49,496 nucleotides of DNA from a virus (lineage: Duplodnaviria > Caudoviricetes): positions 1 to 49,496 of the IMG/VR virus record IMGVR_UViG_3300038492_000107; one strand, written 5' to 3'. The notes below the pieces were generated by a model. The model ran no database searches, was not told the origin of the DNA, and was given only the letters and a program-made list of their open reading frames with translations. Shown here one piece after another: positions 16,669 through 26,908 of the stretch (positions are counted from its first letter, which is position 1; each line of letters begins with the position of its first letter). Made by a program: the position numbers and the translations under genes.

Positions 16669-17248
16669 AAAAAACTCCTTTCAGTATCTTTATTTGAATG
16701 AAACCTAACGCAAAGAAACTAGTGAATGTAGGCAGAGACATAGAAGTTAACGAGCTGCCAATCACTTCAAATATAGAAGCATATACACCTAAAAAACAAA
16801 CTGACATCAAAGATACTAAAATTCCTCCTAACAGTAGTCCCTTAAGCACAGAGTTCTTTTTCCAAGTAGTTACGAAAGAGAATGCACTACATAAAACCAA
16901 CAGATAAGAAGTGTGCACAGACGGTAGTCCAGGCTCAGGAGTCTTCTCCGTGTAGAAAAGGTCCCTCACAAACCACTCCCCGCTTCCCATATGAAGCCCA
17001 ACATCTAAAAGACTAACAACCCCGAGAGCGAGTAACAAAATACTAGCTCCTACATTCCATTTAATGTCTTTAAAAGGAAGTAAACTAAAAGCAGCCAGGA
17101 GTATTCCTATCAAAGTATTAGGTTGCATAGGAGCTAGAGAAGGGTACCAGGCAACTAAATACTCAGATTCCAAGACCCAACCTAAACTAACCGACGATGT
17201 GACTAAAAAGACGACCCAGAAGGCCGTCGCTATACGATCATTCAACAC
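16640..17248 (-). CDS. Polytopic membrane protein resembling the N-terminal membrane domain of bacterial sensor kinases/cyclases
   Basis: About 6 TM; LGW...PSLAPMQPNTLIG, PGLPSVHT and SMSLPTF repeats recall the M-x-P-x-T-A pattern of such domains (recalled, not searched). Confidence 0.5.
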   Translation of the reverse strand: MLNDRIATAFWVVFLVTSSVSLGWVLESEYLVAWYPSLAPMQPNTLIGILLAAFSLLPFKDIKWNVGASILLLALGVVSLLDVGLHMGSGEWFVRDLFYTEKTPEPGLPSVHTSYLLVLCSAFSFVTTWKKNSVLKGLLLGGILVSLMSVCFLGVYASIFEVIGSSLTSMSLPTFTSFFALGFIQIKILKGVFYGNYDNLSE

Positions 17249-17266
17249 AACAAACCTTTCACATAG

Positions 17267-18103
17267 TTATTGGTCTCCGTAAAAGACTCCCATAACATGG
17301 GTCCAGTCTACGGCTGTGCCTGCACTGTTCCCGACACCAAACCTGAAAGCCGAGGCTGTCACAGCTGCGTTAGCTGGGGCTGGTGTTTGAGACGAGAACC
17401 CTGAAGTCTCTTTACCGGCAGAGATCTGTCCTACGTAATTCACAGAACTGAAAGAAGTTGTGAAGTTGATTGTATAATCACCTACTCCATTGTCCGTCAC
17501 ACTACTTACGTTATAGGTTGTTCTCAGAGTACCAGTGGCAGTACCGTCAAAGTTAACGAAAGCTTTTGCTGCAGACGGATGGTATTGTTGTCGTCCTGGA
17601 GTGACATAGGCGGTAGTTGAAGTGGCCGTTTCCATATCAGCCTGAGTAGCGGTAGACACAGAAGTAGTCACATAGACTCGGAAGTTAGTACCATCATATA
17701 TTATCAAAGAGTCTTGACTTGCAGGAAGATCTCCAGCGTCCAGGTCCGTGGTCCCATCTGCCTTTTTAATGTTCTTCACACCTAAACCAGCCACGTTCAC
17801 TGTCGCAGCACCTGTGTTGGATGCTCCTGGCTTAAAGCGAACGGCCATGCCATTTGTGTAAGCAGTAGGAGCCTTATAAGACCCGACAGAAGTTAAGACA
17901 TAAGCATCCGCCACACCTGAATCTGTGTAGAAAGTGGATATAGCAGAATAAGAGGCTATTGCCTTCGCTAACTGATTAACGTCAGCCGAAGCTAAAGTAA
18001 GCCCGGCTGTAGTTATGGCATTCTCTAATTCATCAGCTATCTCATTAAACTCTGCTGCTGGTAAAGTAGAGGTACCGTCTATTTTTGTTGGTATATTGCG
18101 CAT
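17267..18103 (-). CDS. Tail fibre protein
   Basis: Mu-like fibre N-terminus (FNEIADELENAITTAGLTL..DVNQLAKAI), NTGAATVNV.GLG domain, C-terminal SSVTDNGVGDYTINF domain. Confidence 0.8.
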   Translation of the reverse strand: MRNIPTKIDGTSTLPAAEFNEIADELENAITTAGLTLASADVNQLAKAIASYSAISTFYTDSGVADAYVLTSVGSYKAPTAYTNGMAVRFKPGASNTGAATVNVAGLGVKNIKKADGTTDLDAGDLPASQDSLIIYDGTNFRVYVTTSVSTATQADMETATSTTAYVTPGRQQYHPSAAKAFVNFDGTATGTLRTTYNVSSVTDNGVGDYTINFTTSFSSVNYVGQISAGKETSGFSSQTPAPANAAVTASAFRFGVGNSAGTAVDWTHVMGVFYGDQ

Positions 18104-18107
18104 ATCC

Positions 18108-18605
18108 TTAACCCTCTTCTGTTAATGTTCCTAAAGACTTGATCTGCTCGATGACCTCTTGATCATTATAACCTGAGACATTTAAGTTTTTTAGAGGGTC
18201 TGTCGCGTCTCGTAATGTTTTCTTCTGCGTCTTGATCTCTGTTATTTTAGTTTCCTCTCCAGCTTCCAAGGCTATTAAGAAGTCTTTATCCAATTTCTCG
18301 AGTTCCTCATTCCTGGCTGCGCGAAGTTTCTTTAATTGAAGTTCTTTAGCCTTCTCGAGATCTATATCGATGGACGATCCTTCAGTCTGATCTGTCCAAG
18401 CGTCCCGAAACTCTCGATCTACAGGCACATCCTCGTCCTGTATCTCACGTACTTTAGTGGCATCTTCCGGAACAGCCTTCATGATAATATCTTTATATTC
18501 CTTTAGGGAGATACTTTTCCCCAGATCCTTCTCTATTACTTCTTTGGCAACTCCGACTACTATGTGTAGTTTACCATCTGCTTGATTTAAATAACTGATT
18601 TTCAT
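18108..18605 (-). CDS. Tail fibre assembly/chaperone-like protein
   Basis: VPVDREFRDAW and LRAARNEELEKLD...LRDAT motifs; lies between two fibre genes; likely start MKISYLN. Confidence 0.65.
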   Translation of the reverse strand: MKISYLNQADGKLHIVVGVAKEVIEKDLGKSISLKEYKDIIMKAVPEDATKVREIQDEDVPVDREFRDAWTDQTEGSSIDIDLEKAKELQLKKLRAARNEELEKLDKDFLIALEAGEETKITEIKTQKKTLRDATDPLKNLNVSGYNDQEVIEQIKSLGTLTEEG

Positions 18606-18628
18606 TGTACGTGTTCCTCTTGTTAAAG

Positions 18629-19579
18629 TTACTGATCGCCGTATAAAGCTACGTTTTGATAAGGTAAGTCTGAGACGACACTTGCGAACAAGGAGGTACA
18701 TCTCACAGCTGATGTGCTAGGGGCCTCAGCCTGATAACTAGGGTTATTCTTTGTAAACACAGATAATGTACCGATACCGCTAGCAGAACCTGCTGCTGCG
18801 GACACTGCTGTGATAGAGTCTGCGGAACTGAAGGCCGTTGTTAAGTTGATTGTAGTGTCTCCTGTCCCATTGTCAGTTAAGCTGGAAACGTTATACGAGC
18901 TCGTTATTGTAGTAGTGGTTACAGACGTCCAACGAACAAAAGCCTTAGCCGCTGAAGGGTGATACTGTTGTCGTCCGGGAGTCACTGCCACTGTAGTAGA
19001 AGTGCCTGTCTCCATCTCAGCTTGAGTAGCCGCATCAAGTCCTGAGATAGGGAGGTTATCTAACAACACCTTACGGTTCGCTCCAGCACTATCGTCATAA
19101 ACCAATATACTATCAGCGGCTCCGTCCAAAGTAGACTCCGTTGTGGTTCCATCTATATCAACCGCTATTGTTGGGTTACCCGCTACCCCGTTGCCGTTAG
19201 TTACAGTTATGCCGGAACCTGCTGTTATAGTACGTGCTGCAGCTGTACCTGTTCCAGTACGGACTACCATTCCAGAAACTGCCAAAGCAGCGAGAGCGGC
19301 TAGGTCAGCATCATATGCTTGTACATCACTACCTATAGCGACTCCTAGGTTAGTCCTGGCAGCCGAAGCGCTACTAGCACCAGTCCCTCCATCGGCTACA
19401 GCCAAGTCAGTTATCCCTGCTATACTACCTCCAGTGATGTTCACAAGAGATGAGCTTTGCAGGGCCATAGTCTGCAACCCAGATATACGGTAACTCGTCC
19501 CAGACCTCGCTATGACAAATTCATCAGTAGAGACAACTGTCCCTCCATCAGTCAAAGCGCTGATTTTCTTATTAGCCAT
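18629..19579 (-). CDS. Second tail fibre/adhesin protein
   Basis: MANKKISALT N-terminus, GGTGASSASAARTNLG motif, C-terminal domain paralogous to 17267..18103. Confidence 0.75.
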   Translation of the reverse strand: MANKKISALTDGGTVVSTDEFVIARSGTSYRISGLQTMALQSSSLVNITGGSIAGITDLAVADGGTGASSASAARTNLGVAIGSDVQAYDADLAALAALAVSGMVVRTGTGTAAARTITAGSGITVTNGNGVAGNPTIAVDIDGTTTESTLDGAADSILVYDDSAGANRKVLLDNLPISGLDAATQAEMETGTSTTVAVTPGRQQYHPSAAKAFVRWTSVTTTTITSSYNVSSLTDNGTGDTTINLTTAFSSADSITAVSAAAGSASGIGTLSVFTKNNPSYQAEAPSTSAVRCTSLFASVVSDLPYQNVALYGDQ

Positions 19580-19604
19580 TTTTGTTTCCTTTCATTAATC
19601 CCTA

Positions 19605-20306
19605 TCAACTCTCTAGGAGAAGTATATCATCAGACTCTGTTGCTAGATAGAACAGACCACTTTCAGTAATCAAAGCCCCTTCGTCAGGTAATACATATTC
19701 AAAAACAATCTCTACGTTCGCAGGCTTTAATTTCCTAAATAAACACTCTATCAACCCTTCCAAGTTACTTCCGAAAATTATCGGAAACTCTAAAGGGAAC
19801 ACGTTAGGAGCGTTTGTGGTCTCTACCACTACAACAAGAGTGTGTCTAGCTGTCTGAGGAGTGTCGAATAAGTAAACAGGGAAAGTAAGCTCAAAAGGAA
19901 ATAAACCCCTGTCAGCACCAGCCACAACACTAACAACGACCCCAAACAAAGCTGCTAAGTCTATAAAATCTTGGTCTGTTTGTAGTGACATTTTTGCTAA
20001 CTTAGCGAGTACTTGCAGTCTCCGTTCTTGTATGGTTCCTGTGTTTGAGAAACATGAGTCAGGTATCCCTAACGCTCTTTCCCATTCTTCTATTAAAGAA
20101 GTAGTTGTTGTTATCTCGTGCTCCGAAGTTATTTCATTTATAATACCATCCGCTCTCAATATCTCAGAAGCAAGTCCTGTCAATAAAGCCCTCAACTTGG
20201 TTCCAGTGAGACGGGCCGCTAAAAAAGGCCTGCCTCCTGGAACAAAAGAAACTAGCGAATCTGTTGCCTGTTCTTGGGTCTTATCTGTGAAGAGTTTCTT
20301 ACCCAT
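19605..20306 (-). CDS. Baseplate protein, Mu gp48/YmfQ (DUF2313)-like
   Basis: LIEEWERALGIPDSC, TIQERR..VLAKL, IECLFRKLKPAN. Confidence 0.85.
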   Translation of the reverse strand: MGKKLFTDKTQEQATDSLVSFVPGGRPFLAARLTGTKLRALLTGLASEILRADGIINEITSEHEITTTTSLIEEWERALGIPDSCFSNTGTIQERRLQVLAKLAKMSLQTDQDFIDLAALFGVVVSVVAGADRGLFPFELTFPVYLFDTPQTARHTLVVVVETTNAPNVFPLEFPIIFGSNLEGLIECLFRKLKPANVEIVFEYVLPDEGALITESGLFYLATESDDILLLES

Positions 20307-20324
20307 AACGATTCGATCCTTTCT

Positions 20325-21869
20325 TTAGCTAAATGTTATAGTACCTAGTGTCGGAATCTCTCCTTCCGCTATCACTACATCTGCGGTAGGTGTACTTAGT
20401 TCAAAATCCGTCACCAAAGCGCCAGTATTGTCGACTGTTTGCCAAATCGCAGCTATATAAGCATGTGATTGCAGATATGTCCCTACATTAACCTCTTCTG
20501 AGAACAAGGCTTCTAGGCTATTAGTTATAGCAGTTCTCATGGCAGTTGTGTTAGGGGTTAGTGATGTGAATGTGAAGTCCACAGGCACGGCCACAGGCCC
20601 TTTTACTATTACGTCAGAAGTGGCCGTATTGGCAGGCTTAATTGTCAGTACTTGTGTCTTCACTGCAGTAACTTCAGAGGCTGTTGGTATATTGGACGCA
20701 TCATTGTCCCTAGTAAAGTAAACTTTGACTTGACCATTAGGGATGGAAGGAGCGGCTGTTATAGTGCCTGTAGCAGGCGTTACTGTGGTGCTGTCTACTA
20801 TATAGGCAAATGATGTGTCATCTATAGGAAGAACTTTTTTGAGTCCGTTATAACCGGCCTGATCCGCTCCCGCAACAGTTACGTACTGTCCTGCTTCTAC
20901 GTAGTGATTTGCAGATGTAGTTAATGTAGCCACGCTCCCCGACCTAGTTATAGAAGACACTGATATCGGATCGCCAGCAGAGCCAGCCTCAAACACCCAA
21001 GCCCTAGTCACACCAGGCCTCTTAAAGACTTCCGTCTTAATAGAAGATTCATTGAAGAGGGATATAGGGTTCTGGTATCTATATAACACCCTAGCCCGAT
21101 ACTCTTCATCACTTTCAGCGTCAGTTCCTCCTCCTATCTCATCGAAGGAAACGTACGCAGTAGAGTCTACCCCTGAAATAGCGGAAGCCAGTGTTAACTG
21201 CGTACCAGACACTTGATTAGTCAGCGCCCCGTACCCTACAGAAGTTACCGTCACATAAGCACTAGTAGCGGAGACTGTGATAGTTCCTGTCGCTGGAGTA
21301 GTGGGAGAGCCTGTCACAGAATAAGTAAAGGAGTTAGCGCTAGTGACTGTTATGACCACACTTCCATTATATTCTGTCTGATCTGCACCGGCCACTGTAA
21401 CTGTCATACCTGTCGCCAATAAATGATCAGATGAACAGGTGGCTGTCGCTAAAGTGCCGGACCTCACAAGCGAAGTGATGTTAATCGTACTAAGAGATAT
21501 AGGTGTTGCGGTACTGGTTGTGTAGGACCTAGAGTCTGAAGAAGTCAACACAGTCCCTGATGGGATAGAAGTCGCTGCAACTCCAGTGAAGACAATAGAT
21601 CCCGTAGATTGAGTTGCAGGGTTCCGTGTAATAGATACATAAGAACCCCATCTCTCCAGATAGGCAGAAGAGGCTGTGTCAGGAAACATCTCCAACAGAG
21701 CATTCTTTAGTTGTAAGTAAAACTCATACACTCGCCCAGCATAACCTGTTATCAATGCTCCAAGGAATGAGTTCTTAAGCCAGGGGTTGGATTGAGTTAA
21801 TTGAGACTTCACGTCAGACTTGGCTCTGTCCTCCACCTGCTTCCTGTTTAAAGGGAATTGGATCGGCAT
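20325..21869 (-). CDS. Baseplate J-like wedge protein (Mu gp47-like) with two inserted beta-rich modules
   Basis: FPDTA..AYLERWG, GGTDAESDEEYRARVL, PGVTRAWV, GEIPTLGTITF. Confidence 0.9.
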   Translation of the reverse strand: MPIQFPLNRKQVEDRAKSDVKSQLTQSNPWLKNSFLGALITGYAGRVYEFYLQLKNALLEMFPDTASSAYLERWGSYVSITRNPATQSTGSIVFTGVAATSIPSGTVLTSSDSRSYTTSTATPISLSTINITSLVRSGTLATATCSSDHLLATGMTVTVAGADQTEYNGSVVITVTSANSFTYSVTGSPTTPATGTITVSATSAYVTVTSVGYGALTNQVSGTQLTLASAISGVDSTAYVSFDEIGGGTDAESDEEYRARVLYRYQNPISLFNESSIKTEVFKRPGVTRAWVFEAGSAGDPISVSSITRSGSVATLTTSANHYVEAGQYVTVAGADQAGYNGLKKVLPIDDTSFAYIVDSTTVTPATGTITAAPSIPNGQVKVYFTRDNDASNIPTASEVTAVKTQVLTIKPANTATSDVIVKGPVAVPVDFTFTSLTPNTTAMRTAITNSLEALFSEEVNVGTYLQSHAYIAAIWQTVDNTGALVTDFELSTPTADVVIAEGEIPTLGTITFS

Positions 21870-21872
21870 GTT

Positions 21873-22364
21873 CTATTCTCCTGTTTCTTCCCAAACATCA
21901 AAATATTTGTATTCGGTCTTGTTATCTTTTCTGATTAAATCTACTCTAATAGAGATATTAGGAGTATTTGATGAATAAGTCGGGGTAGAGGTTACGTTTA
22001 CCGAATCTATGAAATCATCAGTCACCAACCAGTTCAGCGAGTCTTGTGCGTACTGCTGTGCCAGATTCACATTTCCTATAGTCAACTTAGCTTGTTCTAG
22101 TAACCATAACTTAGATCCTATCTCAAACCCTTCCTCGTCTGCATTTGTATTACCCCACCAACCTCTTCTTAACAAGGGCTCTAGAACCTCCTCTCTAGTC
22201 GCCCTTCTTTCGCAGAAGAGAGACATGATTATGTTGGTATCAAAGCCCTGTTCCTTAGACACATCGCCATCTGCCGCTATCTCTATATCATAGTAGCCGA
22301 CAAGATCCACACTATCACTAACATTAATTAATTTGATATCAACATCATTAGACATAAGCCCCAT
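21873..22364 (-). CDS. Baseplate protein, Mu gp46-like
   Basis: IMSLFCERRA, RRGWWG, IGSKLWLL, AQQYAQDSLNWLV.D. Confidence 0.9.
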   Translation of the reverse strand: MGLMSNDVDIKLINVSDSVDLVGYYDIEIAADGDVSKEQGFDTNIIMSLFCERRATREEVLEPLLRRGWWGNTNADEEGFEIGSKLWLLEQAKLTIGNVNLAQQYAQDSLNWLVTDDFIDSVNVTSTPTYSSNTPNISIRVDLIRKDNKTEYKYFDVWEETGE

Positions 22365-22389
22365 ACCTTCCCTTTGCGTTTCTCGATTT

Positions 22390-22935
22390 TTAGTTTGTCT
22401 GAACCGTTGAGTCAGTACTTAATGGAGTACCTGAGCCGTTTAACTCTATGGTAGTTCCATCTATGGTAATGTCTCCGTCTGCTGCCAACGTCATGTCCCC
22501 TTCTGTTGACATAGACAGATTTCCTTTGGAGGATACATCTAACGTACCGTCAGTAGTCATTGAGATGTTTCCGTCTTTATCAATGGTGATTATGCAGTTG
22601 TTTTTTCCGGTAATCTTCACGACTCCCTCTGCCAAAAACTCCATTTTAGTCTCCGCAAGAGGGCTCCCTACTACCACCTCACCAGGGAGAAGGTTTTTAT
22701 ACCTTGTTTTAGGGGTGTTGCCGATACCGACCCTATTTTCTTCTTGTCCTTGAACATTCCAGATCGTCGCTATACCATCCTCAGGCAAGTTGCTGTATAA
22801 GCCATAAGGCGTTAATAACTCCACGTCACATACCTTACCCATATAATTAACTTGGGCTACATGGTAGTTACCGTCGTCTGAAGAAGTCCGGGAAAGCTTA
22901 GCCCTCTTAACAGAGGAAGTTACATCTCTAGCCAT
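22390..22935 (-). CDS. Baseplate spike, Mu gp45-like
   Basis: PYGLYS, RYKNLLPGEV, beta-helix-like C-terminal repeats; synteny. Confidence 0.8.
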   Translation of the reverse strand: MARDVTSSVKRAKLSRTSSDDGNYHVAQVNYMGKVCDVELLTPYGLYSNLPEDGIATIWNVQGQEENRVGIGNTPKTRYKNLLPGEVVVGSPLAETKMEFLAEGVVKITGKNNCIITIDKDGNISMTTDGTLDVSSKGNLSMSTEGDMTLAADGDITIDGTTIELNGSGTPLSTDSTVQTN

Positions 22936-22950
22936 AAGAACCTTTCTCCT

Positions 22951-24114
22951 TTAGTTGTTTTTGTTGTTAGTATTCCATAGATTCTCTATCTCTTCTGCAC
23001 TCTCACGCTCTCTAACTTGTTGACGCAGACTCTCCCTACCTTCTTTGGGCTGGAATTGATCAGTAGACTTCAATTTGCTATAGGCTTCTTTTGGTATTAG
23101 TGTGAGGGACGTAGTAGAACCCTCTCTAACAGAAAGGTTATATGTTACATCAGTTATCAAGAGCTCTCGATGCACTCCTGCAAAATCATCTGCCACTCTA
23201 GCCATACTATTAGGGGAATAAGGGGCTCCGTCTTTAGAAGGACCGAACCCCACTACTGTGCATTTATAAGAGAAACTCTTGGCTTTGCGGATCTCACCTT
23301 CCCATCTAACTCTTTCCTCTAGCGTCTCTTCCTTACTGGAACTCTCTGCTAAGTTACTATACTTCCTAGAGCCCCTGACCTCAGAGTCACTGAAGGTAGA
23401 AGTCCTGTCGGTTAATTGAGTAGATGATTCATTGGCATAAGGATCTCCTCCTGGATTTCCTTGGGAATAAAGTTTATAATCAGAATATCTCCTGGAATGA
23501 TCGTAAGAGACCTCGGCGGATTTGATGTTATTAGCATTTCCTCCGACAATGTTTCGGAACTCCAACGCAGTAGACGACTCCTTTGCTCTAGTTAATACTA
23601 GGTCCCCTTTTCCGTTTGTTGTTATTAATATCTGCCTTTTACGAGCATAAGACTCTATGAAGTCGAACGCTGTCTGGCCAATAGAAGCACTCAACAACTC
23701 ACCCTTCACAAACGGAGGTATATCCCCTACCTCAGAGACAACCTTCACTGAAGAGGCTCCTATGTTACTTAAAACCTGTTCTGCAACAGACTCTAAGGTT
23801 ATGGGAGCCTGAAACTCTATCTCATGATCTACTTTACTGTCTATGACATCAGAGGTTTTATCCCTACCAGACACTCTTATCACGTGGTTGTAGGCATCAT
23901 AAGCTACTTCCACTCTATCCACGAACCCTGAAATCACTGTCTTATTATTTATAACTACAGAGACAGGGTCTCCGGCTTTAACCGGAAGGAAATTATACTC
24001 ATCAGACGCTGAAGTGAATGAAAAGGTGCCTGAGGCGGCATCCATAGAACGAGTGATTTCTACATCAGTCCAGATAGAGAAGTCTGTGCCTCCCACTCTT
24101 AAAGAAATTGTCAT
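22951..24114 (-). CDS. Baseplate hub, Mu gpP-like
   Basis: W..VEITRSMD, VISGFVD, VSGRDKTSDVIDS, RRYSDY; synteny. Confidence 0.88.
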   Translation of the reverse strand: MTISLRVGGTDFSIWTDVEITRSMDAASGTFSFTSASDEYNFLPVKAGDPVSVVINNKTVISGFVDRVEVAYDAYNHVIRVSGRDKTSDVIDSKVDHEIEFQAPITLESVAEQVLSNIGASSVKVVSEVGDIPPFVKGELLSASIGQTAFDFIESYARKRQILITTNGKGDLVLTRAKESSTALEFRNIVGGNANNIKSAEVSYDHSRRYSDYKLYSQGNPGGDPYANESSTQLTDRTSTFSDSEVRGSRKYSNLAESSSKEETLEERVRWEGEIRKAKSFSYKCTVVGFGPSKDGAPYSPNSMARVADDFAGVHRELLITDVTYNLSVREGSTTSLTLIPKEAYSKLKSTDQFQPKEGRESLRQQVRERESAEEIENLWNTNNKNN

Positions 24115-24132
24115 CTACTCCACCTTCCTGAT

Positions 24133-25386
24133 CTACTCTTCTTCACCTACATAGACTTTAAAATCTTCTACCAGGTAAGTAGGATCTTGATTAGTTAATC
24201 TGTTTAATAATCTCAACCTGTCTGTTCTAGATAAAGACCCGTCTGTTATTAACGCTTCGTCTTCTAAAGATCCATAGAGTTGATACTCGATAACAGTCAA
24301 GGGCGTACCGAATACCTCTAAGGTCTGAATCTGAGGCGCCACTAAGGCTTGTGTCTCTAGATATCGGTTAGAAGCGGCTCTTAGAGTCTGTATGGAACTA
24401 CGTACCTCTGAGGATAGGGTCGTAGAGGCCAATAAGTCTTCGTACAGCGCTGTTAGGCCTTCTCTGAGGGCATTCACCTCATCCACACTGTTGGCTCTGT
24501 AGAAGCTTATATTACGGCAATACAAAGAAAAGGCAAAAACCTTCGCCATCTCTAATAATGTGTTCTGATTCGCTGTGCGAGCCTTCTGGGCCGCTGTAGT
24601 TCCTGTAGAGACAGGTAAGGATAGAGATATTTCAGAAAACCTGTTGGCGATATCGACGCCTTGTCGACCGTCAGAGGCCAATGCGTCAAGGGCAACCACA
24701 GTTAACCTGACTTTATCATAGAAAGATTCAGTAGAGGTCTCTGATGTAGCCAGATAATCCCCTAAATTATTATCTAAGTCATTTATTCTAGAACGGTATA
24801 CTGCTAGATCTTCTTCATTAGTACCACTACGTGTGGTGAAGTTACTAGCAGCCTCTCGTATTTGATTAACAATGTCCCTACCAGCACTGAAGGCCGCAGT
24901 AGAGGCTATAGAATACTGACTAGTCCCTGCATAAGAGTCGTAGAAGCCATCCCTATTAGCGTTTATTAAGCTAGCCGCTAATAAGCTTAGGTTTTCTAAG
25001 TTTATCACCCCTGTGGAGAACAACTCCTGTGCCTGCTTGAAAACTAAAGAAAGTTTAACATACCCTAACGTAGTAGTGTCTTCTGCTATAGAGTAAGACA
25101 TCACCGCGACTTGACGTATGCCGTAGAAAGGGTGAACTAGTGTGCCATACCCTTTTCTCTCTAAAGCGGCCTTTAAAGAGTCCCTTATTCTGAAATATTC
25201 AGCACTAGGCACTGTAGCGTTGATTGAAATTGTCTCGTTATCTAACCCTAAATCTTCAACATACCGATTATCACTGTTAGGAAACTCGTGAACAACTTGC
25301 TTTCTACCTCCTGAGACGTCCGACCCTTCTATGAGGAAAGGTACGCCCCTAAAAGATCCTGGGTAAAGGTTATCTAATATACTCAT
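24133..25386 (-). CDS. Mu gpN-like DNA circularisation/tail protein
   Basis: GSFRGVPF, GGRKQVVHEFP, YVEDLG, GTLVHPFYG. Confidence 0.9.
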   Translation of the reverse strand: MSILDNLYPGSFRGVPFLIEGSDVSGGRKQVVHEFPNSDNRYVEDLGLDNETISINATVPSAEYFRIRDSLKAALERKGYGTLVHPFYGIRQVAVMSYSIAEDTTTLGYVKLSLVFKQAQELFSTGVINLENLSLLAASLINANRDGFYDSYAGTSQYSIASTAAFSAGRDIVNQIREAASNFTTRSGTNEEDLAVYRSRINDLDNNLGDYLATSETSTESFYDKVRLTVVALDALASDGRQGVDIANRFSEISLSLPVSTGTTAAQKARTANQNTLLEMAKVFAFSLYCRNISFYRANSVDEVNALREGLTALYEDLLASTTLSSEVRSSIQTLRAASNRYLETQALVAPQIQTLEVFGTPLTVIEYQLYGSLEDEALITDGSLSRTDRLRLLNRLTNQDPTYLVEDFKVYVGEEE

Positions 25387-25406
25387 TCTTAAAATCTCCT
25401 TTACCG

Positions 25407-26891
25407 TTAATACCCATAGACTTCATTAGAGTTCAATGCACCCGCTCCATTTTTACCAACTTGATTAATAGGAGCAGTTCCTAGCTTAACCCCTTGTTCG
25501 TTCTTCACAACCACAGTGCCTGACACTTTGACGTCTTGGGAATTTGCATTGTTTGTGTTAAAAGGTTGTCCCATAGATAAGTTAGTCTGTTGTTGCTGTG
25601 CTTTGATGTCAGCCAAACCCGGAATACCAGAGAACATGCCAGATAATGCGCTCCCTATTCCTCCGAAGAGTGATCCCACTGAACTCCCTATGCCGGCTAT
25701 AATTGAATACAACTTCTCGAATGCTTTTATAGCCAATTCAACTCCAGAAACGATGATGTTAAGGGCAGGAAGCAAGGCGGCGCCTAACTTAGACCCGATT
25801 GCCACGATCCTGTTGCCGAGAACACTGAACCTAGCGGAAGTAGTGTCCATCCTGTTGGCGTACTCTTCTAAAGCAGACCCATCGAATTTAGATTTAACAT
25901 CAATTAACTCTAGGTTGCTTCTAAACTTTCCGATGTTGTTAGAAAGAATAACGATTTCGTCGGCCCATTGCTGTCCGAAGATATCTTTGATAGGGCCCAT
26001 TCTTTCGGCTATAGGTAATGCAGACAGTTTTTTCAGAACATTCAATAGAGCGTTAATTGGATTAACTGTGGCTTCTGCTTGTAGTTCCTTTAAAGAGAAC
26101 CCTAGTCCTTTAATTGCTTTTCTAGCGGGAACCGTACCTGTGGAAATAGATCCTAAAGTCATTAAGATATTATTAAGACCACGACCTACCATCGAAGGAG
26201 CACGACCAGCTTCGATTAAAGTTGTTGCTAATGCAGCTGCTTCTGTACCAGCCATTCCCATCGCTTTAGCGGTAGCACCGAAGACAGGTAAGGCGCTAGC
26301 AATCTCTGAAGCACTAGCGGCAGTATTGTTGGACAATTGGTTCATAGCGTCACCTAAGGAAAAAGTCTCATCGAGAGTCAATCCCAGTGCGTTCTTGATC
26401 TTAGCGAATGTGTTACCTGCATCAGAAGCAGTCATGTCAAAAGCAACAGAAAGTTTATTAATACCGTCCGTGAACTGTACGATATCTTCTCTACCGATAC
26501 CTAACTGACCACCTGCAGCCGCGATATCGGCCAAGCCTTTTGCTGAAGTAGTGGTTGATTTAGAAAGATCGAGTAACTCGTTACTTAAGGCGATTGTGTC
26601 TCCTTTAGTCAGGTTCATAACCTTACGAACGTCTGCCATAGAATCTTCTAGATCCATGGCTAAAGATACAGCTTTGTATATACCAAAACCTATACCGGCT
26701 GCTGCAACAGAGGTTGCTTTGAATCCCATAATCATAGGACCTGTTGCTGCGGCTGCAGTTGCTGCTTTTGTCGAGGCAGATACGCCTGCTAATTTGGTCT
26801 GCAGAGCTTGAGCGGAAGTTCCTACTCGTTTAGCCACTGCAGAGAAGGCATCTTGTAATGATACAATACCTTTTACGTTAAAACCTGACAC
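25407..26891 (-). CDS. Tape measure protein (TP901-type core)
   Basis: EDSMADVRKV, IAAAGGQLGI, LGDAMNQLSNN, IFGQQ; follows the tail chaperone gene. Confidence 0.88.
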   Translation of the reverse strand: MSGFNVKGIVSLQDAFSAVAKRVGTSAQALQTKLAGVSASTKAATAAAATGPMIMGFKATSVAAAGIGFGIYKAVSLAMDLEDSMADVRKVMNLTKGDTIALSNELLDLSKSTTTSAKGLADIAAAGGQLGIGREDIVQFTDGINKLSVAFDMTASDAGNTFAKIKNALGLTLDETFSLGDAMNQLSNNTAASASEIASALPVFGATAKAMGMAGTEAAALATTLIEAGRAPSMVGRGLNNILMTLGSISTGTVPARKAIKGLGFSLKELQAEATVNPINALLNVLKKLSALPIAERMGPIKDIFGQQWADEIVILSNNIGKFRSNLELIDVKSKFDGSALEEYANRMDTTSARFSVLGNRIVAIGSKLGAALLPALNIIVSGVELAIKAFEKLYSIIAGIGSSVGSLFGGIGSALSGMFSGIPGLADIKAQQQQTNLSMGQPFNTNNANSQDVKVSGTVVVKNEQGVKLGTAPINQVGKNGAGALNSNEVYGY

Positions 26892-26908
26892 TCATCACTC
26901 TCCTGTAG

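Noticed and set aside
17267-19579. Diversity-generating retroelement or invertible fibre switch
   Set aside because: No reverse transcriptase or invertase; the two fibre ends are in direct orientation and differ at many non-adenine positions.
25516-26508. 330 aa plus-strand ORF
   Set aside because: Antisense shadow of the tape measure gene; no motif or RBS support.
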